From assembly GCF_018977255.1 (NCBI RefSeq), contig NW_024704749.1:13888001-13952000 (forward strand): 64,000 nt of DNA. Reading direction: 5' to 3'. Within the stretch, counting starts at the first letter, position 1; each line of letters opens with the position of its first letter. Made by a program: the position numbers and the translations under genes. The notes under the pieces are model-generated. The model ran no database searches. It was not told the DNA's origin and worked only from the letters and a program-made list of their open reading frames with translations. Of the stretch, positions 1-11,325 are shown in pieces. The DNA comes from Callorhinchus milii (lineage: Eukaryota).

Positions 1-235
1 GGCCTTCAGCCTCCGGAACTCCATCCCAGAGCCTCTCCACCCCGCCCCCTCCCTTGTCTCATTCAAGGCCCTATAACGGGGCCCGAGAAGGACTTTGGTT
101 AATCGGTAGAATATTAAAACAAAGACATACTATTTTATTATCTTTATGCTTGGTTTGATACTCACACAAGTGTTTACTTATGATGTTACTATACATAGGC
201 ATTGCCTGTAATGTGCGGTTTATCTGTAATGACAG

Positions 236-3200
236 GGCAATGCTGGGGCGCAAGGCATCAGAGGAGCAGAAGGATTCCCAGGATTGCTAGTAAGTGCTGA
301 CGGGAAACGTGGAGGCATCACCTCTGGCCGCTGAGAGGAAACCGGTCATAAAAGGGAAATAAACCATATATTAAAATATTGTAAGAAAGTATATCCTTTG
401 GAACGTCCTTCACTTTGTAGTATATTCTGTGAAGAGCTTCAAGACGACTCGAAGACTTGATAATGCCCTAAATCAAATGCAAAGGTTATTATTAAATTCC
501 ATCTGGGTAAAGAATCACTGTACCTATCCAGAATTCAGCAATTTGTTGAATTCAACTTCTCAACTTCGATTTACAGTAAACTTAGACCCAGGTGCAATTT
601 CTGCCGCCCCCACCCAAACAGCTAATAATGCTATTAATTAATCCCAACCTTGCAATAGGGTTTTATGATAATTGCATGAATAGCATGGAACGAAAAGTTC
701 TACTAACCTGAGCATGTCAGATGCTCCCCGTCCACCCCACACATGCGCGAACACATACACACACACACACACACGTGCACACACACACACGCACTCTCCT
801 GTGCTCTCGCGCCATGTGACAATAAACATGCCCTCTTATTTTCTGCTTCTTTGCAGGGTTTAGTTGGACCGAAGGTAAGTACGGTTTTGCTTTTGTTGCA
901 CAAACAGAAGTATCGATCAAAAATCTACGCCACACTTTACTGTTAAGACTGCAAAGCGCTTTGAGAGACACTCAGGAGGTTTCCCGACGTGAAAGGCGCT
1001 GCCTCAAACACCAGGATTAATCATTATAACAATGAGAGCCAACATTCTCTCTTTCCGATGCTCATTGACTCACTGTGAATTAATCTCCGGAGGTTCGGTG
1101 TTTATGCCTGCCTCACTCGCCATAGACCAATAGACAAAAAAGTGAGCAAACAGCACAGATTATATTTTTCAATCTGCAATCCCCACGTTGCCCGGTTTAG
1201 CTTCTTCCCTGCGTTAATTATCGCAACGTCAGGTTTCCTTTTGGTTGCTGGCCGCACGCTTATAAAAAAAAATTTTTTTTTAAGTCACTCAGGTGCGGCC
1301 TTGGCCGGTCGCCAGATCATTTTAAAACAGTAAAATTTTTCAGGGGCTCAAAGGCTTCGAGGGATCTCAAGGGACAAGAGGTGCAAAGGGGCAAGCTGTA
1401 AGTAATGATGCTTAAACACAGTATATTGCAATGTGTGTGTGTGTGTGTACTCCACTTTACAGTATATCCTGTGAAGTGCTTTGTGACGTCCTCTTGACGT
1501 GAAAGGCACTGTATCAAATATAGGGATTATTATTAACATTAGTGTATTATACATATATATGTTTTGGCTTCCATTCTGGTCCCAAACTCCAAAGGACCTT
1601 CTCTTTTCAAGCCTCTCACTGCGTCTGAGACCCATCAAGTTCACTCCAGAAAGTTTAGCATGAGGGGGTGGGGGGGGGGGCGTGTTGGGGAGGAAGAGGA
1701 AGAGCTGGAGTGTTAACAGTTATCAGGATGCATTAAATATTCGTCAAGTAAGAAAACCAATCTGTCCACCTCTCTATTGTGTCTAGGGCTCACGTGGTCC
1801 ACCTGGTCGACCGGGACCTTCAATGCATCTGTCAGAAGAACAATTACAGGTACACCGTATCATGGAGCTCGATAACTTTGCGTATCGAGTCGCACCATCT
1901 AGATTGTCTTGAGAATAGAAATTGAATCCTTGACTGTCCGATGCCTTGGGACATCCTCCCGACACGAAAGGCGCTGAATAAATGTAACTAGTTGTTGTTG
2001 AATGTGTAATTACTGAAGACGTCCTCTTTAAAGTAACCGTCCAGAGTCGCAAGTCCCTGGGGTCAAACTGGAATGTATGTTGCACACCTGTTAAGTGTTC
2101 AGTAATTTATCACTTCTCACTTTGGATGCTGGAGACGTGTCGGTAGTGTCCACACCTTCGGGAGAGAAGAGGTCGAAATTGAAATGGAACCTTTTCTTTT
2201 TCTAGTCGATGCGATCACCGCAGTGGACCTCGCTCTAGCCCGTGTGTGTGTTTTTTTTTGTGTTTTTAAAAAAACAAACAGGTAATTTACAATAAATCAC
2301 GCCACTGGGATTCACAAAGCATATGGAAAGCCCTCGAAGCGCTGAACATGGACATAAGGTACATTGTTGACCCGCCCACGGGAACCAAAGACAACCCGGC
2401 TACAAGCTGCAAGGAACTGCAACTGTGCCACCCGCACCTCAGTGACGGTGAGGAACATTTAATATTGGGGGAAAAAGACAGAAGTCGCTGGGAACAGATC
2501 AGGCAGCAACTAATTCCATATGGATTCCATCTTTTCCCTTCTTGTGTTTGACCATGTGCTCACTAAAACCCGTTTTCACAGCCACGTACACCTCTTTCCT
2601 CAGTAGCCGTCTTAAACTGCGACTAATTCCATATGGATTCCGTCTCCATGGATGCTGCCTGATCTGCTGAGTGTTCCCAGCGACTTGGGTTTTTGTTTTC
2701 AGATTTCCAGCATCTGCAGTATTTGGTGTTTTATTTAATACTGAGGCTCTGACCTACTGTCAAAACCAAGAGATTCTTCCAAGTACCAATAAGAGCAACT
2801 CAACTATGGGTTATTCACTCAACCGCGCCAACACCCCTGAGCACTAACTCTCTCTCTCTCTCACTCTCCAGGTTACTTTTACATCGACCCCAACCAGGGC
2901 TGCCCTTACGACGCTCTCCTGGTCTACTGCAACTTCACAGCTGGCGGATCGACTTGTTTGCTGAACGTGGAAAGTGAGGTAATGGTGACGTAACTCAGAA
3001 GGAGCCCATTCGGCTATTTTATTGAATGGTGGCAGTTCTTATTCCATTGTTCCCACCGTTTCTCCATATCTCCCTTTGTATCCTGACTTCCCAAGTATCT
3101 ATCTGTCAGTCAGCCTGGCTCAGTCGGTAGCACTCTCATCTACGAATCGCGAGGTCGCGGATTGCAGCACAGCCAAGGCTGAAACTATTTTCTATTGCCA

Positions 3201-4408
3201 CACAGGCACCCACAAAAGCCTGGTTCAAAGAGGACAGGAGGGAGAACGCATATCACTGGTTCAGTTCTGTGGCTGGAGGATATTTGGTAAGTCGACACTC
3301 AACGCCTAGGCTTTAAAGGTCACCCCGAAACACATAAGTGAGCAGCCACAACCTAACCCTATCCGTTGTTGCCAACAGTTTAAATATCGTGGAGCAAGCA
3401 CTGTACAGCTACGGTTCTTGAAGCTTCACAGTACGCACGCAACCCAAAAAGTGACCTATAAGTGCAAAGTGGGGTCTGACTGGTTCAAGATGAACGAGAG
3501 TACAGAACAGTCACCGATTCAGTTCATGGGGGACAACAGGAAGGAAATCTATAATGGGCACAAGGACTTCTCCGTGCAGTTTGATGGATGCTCGGTGAGT
3601 TGCTGGTGACTGATAACATACAGAGCTTTATTGATCAGTAAGAGACCTGGGTTCCATTCCAGGCAGAAACCTTGGGCAAGTTTCCTTACTCCACACGCTT
3701 GATAATAATCCCTCAAAAAAAAAAAATTGGTAATTTCAATCCACGACTGTCTGTGGGACACTGCTGTGTGCAATTGGCTGCCGCGTTTCACCCACAGATA
3801 TACAGTCAATTCACTTTACAGTCTATTCTGTGAAGCGCTTTGAGACGTCGAGAAGACGTGAAAAGCGCTATATCAAATGCAAGGATTATTATTATTACCA
3901 CTGAAGAGTGATTGAAAGGCGCGCAGAAACATCAACCAACATACAGAACGGTCTGCGGGAAAAAAATAAATCATATTTGTATGGGTCGTAATGAATTAGA
4001 GCGTTTTCATGGTCTGCCACCAAATCTTTTCGTAACTTATTTATTATAGTGTAGAGAGACTCCGATCTCTGTGGACTTGGCACTGTTTACAGTACAGTGG
4101 GCTGATCTTTTAGCTCGTGCTTCTCCAACGATAAACCATTAAGAGTAACAATGCGCCTTGCAATTGAAATAGCGCCTTATCACGTCTTCGAGACGTCTCA
4201 ATATGTTGATCGGGGGCAAAGATCATCGCAGACTTAATATTTTTTTTCCCCCCCCCCTCCCTCGTTACAGCTGAACGATTCAGGGACCGAATTTGAAGTG
4301 AGCACCAACGAACTTAACCTGTTGCCTCTGAGAGACGTGGCCGTGTTTAACAACGGCAACGACGCTCAGGAGTTCGGATTCTCTGTCGGTCACGTTTGCT
4401 TTTACTGA
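236..4408 (+). CDS. Fibrillar collagen alpha chain, 3' part (end of Gly-X-Y helix plus C-propeptide/COLFI domain); divergent, clade B (type V/XI)-like; 5' end lies outside the window
   Basis: AG/GT-bounded in-frame exons: 236-289 ([18 protein letters not shown], 54 nt), 857-874 (GLVGPK, 18 nt), 1344-1397 (54 nt), 1787-1849 ([21 protein letters not shown]), 2282-2447 (..[24 protein letters not shown]), 2872-2978 ([29 protein letters not shown]), 3206-3286, 3379-3594 ([18 protein letters not shown]), 4271-4408 ([18 protein letters not shown]). All 8 propeptide cysteines are present. Confidence 0.93.
3615..3897 (+). mobile_element. tRNA-derived SINE (degenerate head) with L2-type 3' tail
   Basis: Remnant B box GGTTCCATTCC, body ttgggcaagtttccttactccacac, tail gtgaagcgctttgagacgtc..gtgaaaagcgctatatcaaatgcaagg(att)n; same layout as 28522-28840 and 54743-55115. 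Confidence 0.7.
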
Positions 4409-6044
4409 AAAGCTCAGGACCACTTTCTGGAGGATGAATGGGAACCCACATACACCCTCACACACAAACCCGCACTCACACACAAACCCACACTCACACA
4501 CAAACCCACTCACATACAAACCCGCACACACAGACATACGCACACAAACACGGAGCTTTGCGTCATCCCAAGTTTCGTAAAAACAACGGTCGAAGGCAGG
4601 ACCGAACTCTTCACTTGCAGTTGCACGCAAACTAATGCAAAAGAAAATCTACCTTCAGAAAGCTACAACAACAACAACAACAACTCGCATTTATACAGCG
4701 CCCTTCGCACGGGGTAGCGTCCCGGAGGGCTTGACGGTGGCAGAGTCTGGCAACAGGGCGGGCGGGCGGGTGGGTGGGTGGGTGGGGGCACGATCAAAAA
4801 CGAAGGCCTTTAGGCGGGATTTGAAGGTGGGTGGGAGGGAGGGAGGGGGTCAGGGAGATTCAGGGAGAGAGCCCACAAGCAATGTATTATATTTTTTTGG
4901 GGGGTGGGGGGAGTATATTCCCTTGCAGAGGCCTCTGTCAATCTTTGCAGGACTTGCTGTTGTTTACGCTGACGGTTGCAATGATCGACTTAACCGGTGC
5001 CCAGTTCTGGTGCAGTCGCCATCTCCCCCCACTTTGCTGTCTGTTGGCTGGTGCTGAGTGAATACCGGAGTAACTCCCATCGCCCTGTCAGCACAAGCTA
5101 GAAAGCTGACAAAGTACAGTGACCGTGACCCCCCCCCCCACCTCGGTTTACACACTGGGTAGTGTTCGCGGGGTTGGGTTAGTGCTTCGGGCCACTTATG
5201 TTATCGCAAAGCGCTCGGACATTGCTTTTGCCCACATCAGTCTTTCGAGTCCAGAACGACGAGAACAAATCACATTTGTGTAGCGGCCTTCACCTCGAAA
5301 AGAAGTGAAGCGCAGGATAGCAGTCTGTCTCACAGTACGTGTCAGAAAATTACAGGGGCTGTATTATTATTATTATTATTATTAATATTGACTATCAGGA
5401 GAATCCCAGTCACTTCTTGTCTGAGAATGACTTGAAGCAGTGACGCGGACTGGGAGTTCGGCGATAGCGACACAACGCAACACAACCGTTCCCGAAACAG
5501 AATTACTGTCCCGGTCTCAACTTCGACTGTTACAGCTCCAACCGGTCTTGTGCCGGTGTTCCTTACTCCACTCCACCCGACCTCCACTCTTCCGATTCCC
5601 CTCTCCCACCCCCCCTCCATTTCCCCTCTTCCACAACCCCCTCTCCATTTCCCCTCTCCCCCCATTTTCCTCTCCCCCCCTTTTCCCCTTTCCCCTCTCC
5701 CCCCCCATTTCCCCCCACCATTTAACCGCAAACATCTTTCGTTCGAGAGACAGCAACTCCTTCACTGCCTTCAGCCCCCGAGAGGGTAACCGCACTCCGG
5801 GGGAGGAATTCCCCCTCTCATCGAGATTTACTGATTGATAAATGCCGCATTTTGGAGCGTCGGGAAAGCGGCGAAATGGGGAAAGAACTGAACCGGAGAG
5901 AGAAAGAGAGAGAGAACGGGTTCGGGGTTCAGCCTTTGCTGTCAGAGGTTTTGGACGCTCTTCAAAACGAAATGTCGCCTCTCAATCAGAGAAGATCTGG
6001 AGTCGGGCAACTCCGGTGTGTGTGTCCGTGACCCGCGGGTTACA

Positions 6045-6440
6045 ACAACAACAACAACAAGATTGCACTTACAGAGCGCCTTTCACGTCGGGAGGACGTC
6101 CCAAGGCGCTGGACGGTGGGGTCAGGACCCGAGCAGTGGGGGGGAGATGGTCAGGGTGAGGGGAGGGAGGGGGCGAGGAGGGGGGGAGATGGTCAGGGGG
6201 AGGGGAGGGAGTCGAGAGCGGAGCTGAAGGCTGAAGGTCAAAGAGAAAGGCCTTGAGACCGGCCTTGAAGGAGGAAAGGGAGGAAGCGGCGAAGGCACTG
6301 GGGATGGAGTTCCAGAGCCTCGGGGCTGAGAGGCTGAAGGCCACCGATGGTCGGGCGGTTGGGGCGGGGGATGTGGAGCAGACCGGAGCCGGAGGACGGA
6401 GGGGACGGGGGGGGGGGGGGTAAGTAGTGGGAGAGTAGGT
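6045..6440 (-). mobile_element. LINE (L2 clade) 3' fragment
   Basis: Minus strand reads AFSLSAPRLWNSIPSAFAASSLSSFKAGLKAFLFD (end of an L2/CR1-type ORF2), then stem-loop tail gcgccttgggacgtcctcccgacgtgaaaggcgct and a (TTG)n terminus. Confidence 0.7.
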
Positions 6441-7699
6441 TCGGAGAGGGAGGAGGTAGCGAGGCCGTGAATGGCCTCGTAGGTGAGGATGAGGATCTTG
6501 AATTCGCTTCGTGTTCCCGATGTGGGTGACGGGGCTGTACACGTGTGCGGACTGAAGACCCAAAAAAGATCACCTGTTGGTTATTTGCAAGATTTTCTCT
6601 TCTCTTTTTTTTTTGCGCGTTCACACGTCTTCGCATCTCGCAAAGCGGCTCAGCCCTCCAGCCCCCCGGCCCCTCCCTCCGGCCCCTCCGGCCCCTCCGG
6701 CCCGGGAAATCTCCCCTTCGCTTTCACACCGAAATGATTTAAAAGGGAGCGCAACAGATTGCTGAACAGGATCCCGGTAATGGGTAGAGAAGACTACAGT
6801 GTTTTTTGGGGGTTTTTATGTTAAAAATAAAAGCAAAAAAAGGTTGGGGGAGTGGGGGGAAGGGGTGGGGGGAAGGGGTGGGGGGAAGGGGAGAAGACTT
6901 AAAATATAACCTGAGTGAAGATTTTTTTCAGCTTTCTCATTCTTGCACATTTTTTTTTGCATTAAAACCAAAAGTTTGTATTTTTAGCCTTTTTTTTTTG
7001 GGGTGGGTTCGGGGGTGGGGTGGGTTTGGGAGTGGGGGGGAGAGGGGGCTTTAAGAAATGCGGAATTTTTTTTTTACAACTTTTTAGGACTTGGGGTCAC
7101 ACCGCTCCGCGTTCCTGATGCGCGTCTGGAGTTTAACCGTCACAATATTAAGACGTAGAATGGTTTTGCTGGAGTTGACATCAGGTGGTACAAGCTCAGA
7201 ATATTGTATTTATATATATATTATGTATATGTATACCTTACCTGGCAGTGAGGGCTTTTCTTTGTACTATCCCACTGATTATTTTATCAGAGCCTCTTAT
7301 TTCTATTTCATTTCGTGTCGTTTGCGTCCGTAGGGGATGGCAGTCTCACTCCGAATAAAACTGATATGCTGGTCATTTACTTGTACGTTTTGTTCAATAA
7401 ATAAACGAACCAATAAATAAACAAACACGTGAATGAATAAATAAATGAATGAATGAATGAATGAACGACTGAATGAATAAATAAATAAAGGTATTTTTAA
7501 TTGACGCAGTGTTTGCGTTTCACTGATGCGGCGACGACGCTGATGATGATAATGATAAAACAATGATATTTTATTATGTGTCGTCTTATTATTAATTTTA
7601 TTATTGATGTTCTATTTCGACTGAGAATCTCCCGGTGACCTGTGTGTGCGGATGACTTGTGTATCGTCCTCACTGGGGTCGGGGCAGCATTCTCCTCTC

Positions 7700-8731
7700 A
7701 CCCCACTATCCCACCCCCTGCCCCCCCCCCCACACCATCCCACCCCCTGCCCCCCCACACCACCCCCCCCTACCCCCCCACACCATCCCACCCCTGCCCC
7801 CCCCACCATCCCACCCCTGCCCCCCCCCCACACCATCCCACCCCCTGCCCCCCCCACACCATCCCACCCCCTGCCCCCCCCACACCATCCCACCCCCTGC
7901 CCCCCCCACCATCCCACCCCCTGCCCCCCCCACACCAACCCACCCCCTGCCCCCCCCACACATCCACCCCTGCCCCCCCCCCCACCATCCCACCCCCTGC
8001 CCCCTCCCCACCATCCCACCCCCTGCCCCCCCCACCATCCCACCCCCTACCCTACCACCCACCCCATCCCCCCCCCCCCACACCATCCCACCCCCTGCCC
8101 CCCCCACACCATCCCACCCCTACCCCCCCACACACCATCCCACCCCCTACCCTACCCACCCCACACCATCCCACCCCTGCCCCCCCCACACCATCCCACC
8201 CCCTGCCCCCCCCCACCACCATCCCACCCCCTGCCCCCCACACCCACCATCCCACCCCTGCCCCCCCCACCATCCCACCCCTGCCCCCCACACCATCCCA
8301 CCCCCTGCCCCCCCCCACCATCCCACCCCCTGCCCCCCCCCACACCATCCCACCCTCTGCTCCCCCCCACGATCCCACCCCTGCCCCCCCACCATCCCAC
8401 CCCCTACCCCCTCCCACCATCCCACGCCCTGCCCCCCCACACCATCCCACCCCTACCCCCTGCCCCCCCCCTGCCCCCCACCATCCCACCCCCTGGCCCC
8501 CCCCTGCCCCCCACCATCCCACCCCCTGTGCCCCCTCCCCCGCCCCCCCACACCATCCCACCCCTGTGCCCCCCCCTTCCCTGCCCCCCCACACCATCCC
8601 ACCCTGTGCCCCCCCCCCCCTGCCCCCCACACCATCCCACCCCTGTGCCCCCCCCTCCCCCCTGCCCCCCCACACCATCCCACCCCTGTGCCCCCCCCCC
8701 CCACCCCCTGCCCCCCCACACCATCCCACCC
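7700..8731. repeat. C-rich minisatellite, unit about CCCCCACACCATCCCACCCCCTG (~22-27 nt)
   Basis: Dozens of tandem copies of cacaccatcccaccccctgccccc with variable C-run length. Confidence 0.95.
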
Positions 8732-8975
8732 CGTGTGGGGTGGAGGGAGGGGGTGGGGCAGGGGTGGGGGGGGGGGGGGGCACAGGGGTGGGATGGTGGG
8801 GGGCAGGGGGGGGGCAGGGGGTGGGGGAGGGGGGGGCACAGGGGGTGGATGGTGGGGGGCAGGGGGGGGGGTGGGGGAGGGGTGGTGGGGGGGAGGGGGG
8901 GGGAGGGGTGGGGGGGGGGGAGGGGTGGTGGGGGGGGGTAGATGGGGGGGAGGGGGGAGGGGGTGGAGGGTGTTG
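8732..8975. repeat. Inverted (G-rich) copies of the same minisatellite
   Basis: ggcacaggggtgggatggtggggggcaggggg is the reverse complement of the upstream unit. Confidence 0.8.
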
Positions 8976-9079
8976 GGGGTTATCACGGATGACCCTTCGC
9001 TGGAGACGTTTCGCCCACAAAACGCACAGTCACTACACTGCGCAGCGTGTGTCCCGGGAAGCGCCTTGAGACGCCCTCC

Positions 9080-10270
9080 ACTGTGAGTGACACGTGCGCG
9101 CGCGCGCGCGCGTGCGGGGGGGCGGGGTTACCGGGCGGCGTGGACGCGCGCGCTTGGGGGCGACGGACGTGGCGGGAGGAGGGCGCGGGGGCGCGCACGT
9201 CGACGTGGGGCCGTTGAGAGCCGCAGGTGACGAGGAGACGGGGCGATGGCGGCGCGAGTTTAACCGTCACGGACACAGACCCACAGACAGACACACACAC
9301 AGACCCACAGACACCCGGTGAGAGAGAGAGAGAGACACAGACACACACACAGACAGACACCCCCCCCCCCCCCCTCCGCCTGTCAGTAACTCCAGGCCGC
9401 GGCTCGGGCCTAGGCCCGGGTGAAGCCGGGCGCTGTGTTAGTGTCAGCGGCCTCCGCCCTCCCTCTCCCCCCCCCCCCCCGGGCAGCCACAGGCTCCAGC
9501 CCCCCCCTCCCCCCATCCCCAGGGGGTGTGGGGAGGGGGTGTGGGGGGAGGGGGTGTGTGGGAGGGTGTGGGGGTGTGTGGGAGGGGGGGTGTGGGGTGT
9601 GGGAGGGGTGTGGGGTGTGGGAGGGGTGTGTGGGGGTGTGGGAGGGGGTGTGGGGGAAGTGGGGGAGGGGGTGTGTGGGGGGGGGTGTGGGGAGGGGTGT
9701 GGGAGTGTGTGTGGGGAGGGGGGTGTGGGGGTGTGGGAGGGGTGTGTGGGGAGGGTGTGTGTGTGGGGAGGGGGGTGTGGGGAGGTCCCAGGGTCACTAT
9801 CCTGTTCCCCCCCACAACTCCTCCCTGAAGCCATCCTCTGCCCTGGGGGGGTGTGGGGTTGGGGGGGGACCTCCTCTTCACGGCCTCACTGGGGACCTCC
9901 TCGTATTAATGAAAACGCTCTGGAACATTCTCCCTCTATCCCCTCCCCCCCCCCCCCCCCCCCGGCTCGGCCCGGTCACTGTCGGTCCGCTCCCGGGATG
10001 GCCTTTACCCCCCGGACCAGCGATTCCCCACCGGTCGACCTGACGGCCGGACTCCCGCTCCGCGCCGGTCGAAGGCGGTCGTCAGTCGGGCGGTCGGTCC
10101 CTGAGACCGTTTGGTTTGGTTTGGTTTGGTTTCGCCGCCTCTCTTTGCCGCGGGATTTCGCGCGATGGGAAGCGAAGGCGCGATGGAAACGGTGCTGTTG
10201 TCGGCGTGTGCCGGGCGTCGTTCGTGCGCGAATTGTTCCCCGGACTTCTCGTTGCTGCACTTGAGCGGGC
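9080..10270 (+). promoter_or_regulatory. CpG island, probable MAN1B1 promoter and 5' region
   Basis: Dense CpG ~1-2 kb upstream of the first coding exon; (GC)n run 9095-9115 (NRF1-like), GC boxes, GACGTGG at 9166 and 9202, YY1-like GATGGCGGC at 9245. TSS not determined. Confidence 0.7.
9522..9785. repeat. G-rich tandem repeat (GGGAGGGGTGTGGGGTGT-like)
   Basis: Visible low-complexity tandem array. Confidence 0.85.
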
Positions 10271-10292
10271 AGCTGTCGGTTGGTTTGTTAGC

Positions 10293-10578
10293 CTGTGTGT
10301 GTGTGTGTGTGGCAGTGTGTGTGTGTGGGGCTGTGTATGTATGTGTGTGGCAGTGTGTGTGCGAGGCAGTGTATGTATGTGTGTGGCAGTGTGTGTGTGT
10401 GGGGCAGTGCATGTATGTGTGTGGCTGTGTGTGTGGGGCTGTGCATGTATGTGTGTGGCTGTGTGTGTGTGTTGGGCTGTGTATGTATGTGTGTGGCAGT
10501 GTGTGTGTGTGTGGGGCTGTGTATGTATGTGTGTGGCTGTGTGTGTGTGGCACAGTGTGTGTGTGCGCGCGCATGTGT
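10293..10578. repeat. (GT)n-derived minisatellite (gtgtgtggcagtgt/gtgtatgtat units)
   Basis: Visible tandem units; source of the spurious VC/HT ORFs. Confidence 0.9.
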
Positions 10579-11325
10579 GAAAGAGTGAGAAAAACAACAC
10601 CATCGCTCTTTGCTGTGGATTTTGATCCTGACTCTCTGCGAGTGGACTCTCCTTACAACTCAAGGAACGGGCTTTCGAAGCCGGCGACGCGTTGTAGCCA
10701 CTGTGCCCTACACAGCCGGCAAGCAATGACTTTTATCAACAGTTTTTTCAATTGCAATACCGCTAACCATTGTGTTAAAACACACACGCAATGAACTGCC
10801 GGTGTAATAGATTTTGTGACTTGATAATTTGTCTTCATAACACACAAAGAGGATTTAATGCAGAAGATTCTTTATGGTTCGTCTTGAGACGCTGAACTTG
10901 TGTTTCACGTTCTTGTAACTTGAAAAGCAGGCGTGACAACAAGAAGATGAGAGGTTGTGAGATTTTAACTTATGGGTAACTCAACTCATCAGACCTTGGA
11001 TTTTTTTTTAAAAAAAAGAATTGGCGCTAGTGGGACTTCCATGTAAGAAAGGAAGACATTTGAGAATATTGGAAGCATTTCCATCTGTCACCTTTAACAA
11101 GCCAAAATAGCTTCCCTTAAATATCTTTTGGGGGAAAGAAATAGATATTAAAATTATAATTGACGTCACTCGTCCCTTTCTCCCTCCCCAGGAAAAAAAA
11201 AAGCCTCAAAGAAATTGTGGAGCTCTTACATGTGTCGTGTTAAAACTAAGAAGAGTACGAATGGCTTTCCGTTGAATCGGCGTGTACTGTGCTGGAAAGT
11301 ATCTCTCCTCCCGGGAGACTGAAGC

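Noticed and set aside
7612-9881. Long Pro/His- and Gly/Trp-rich ORFs (up to 475 aa) in nearly all frames
   Set aside because: They arise from stop-free C/G-rich minisatellites; open in several frames on both strands, with no splice or domain evidence.
10005-10794. VC- and HT-rich ORFs
   Set aside because: Translations of (GT)n-derived repeats.
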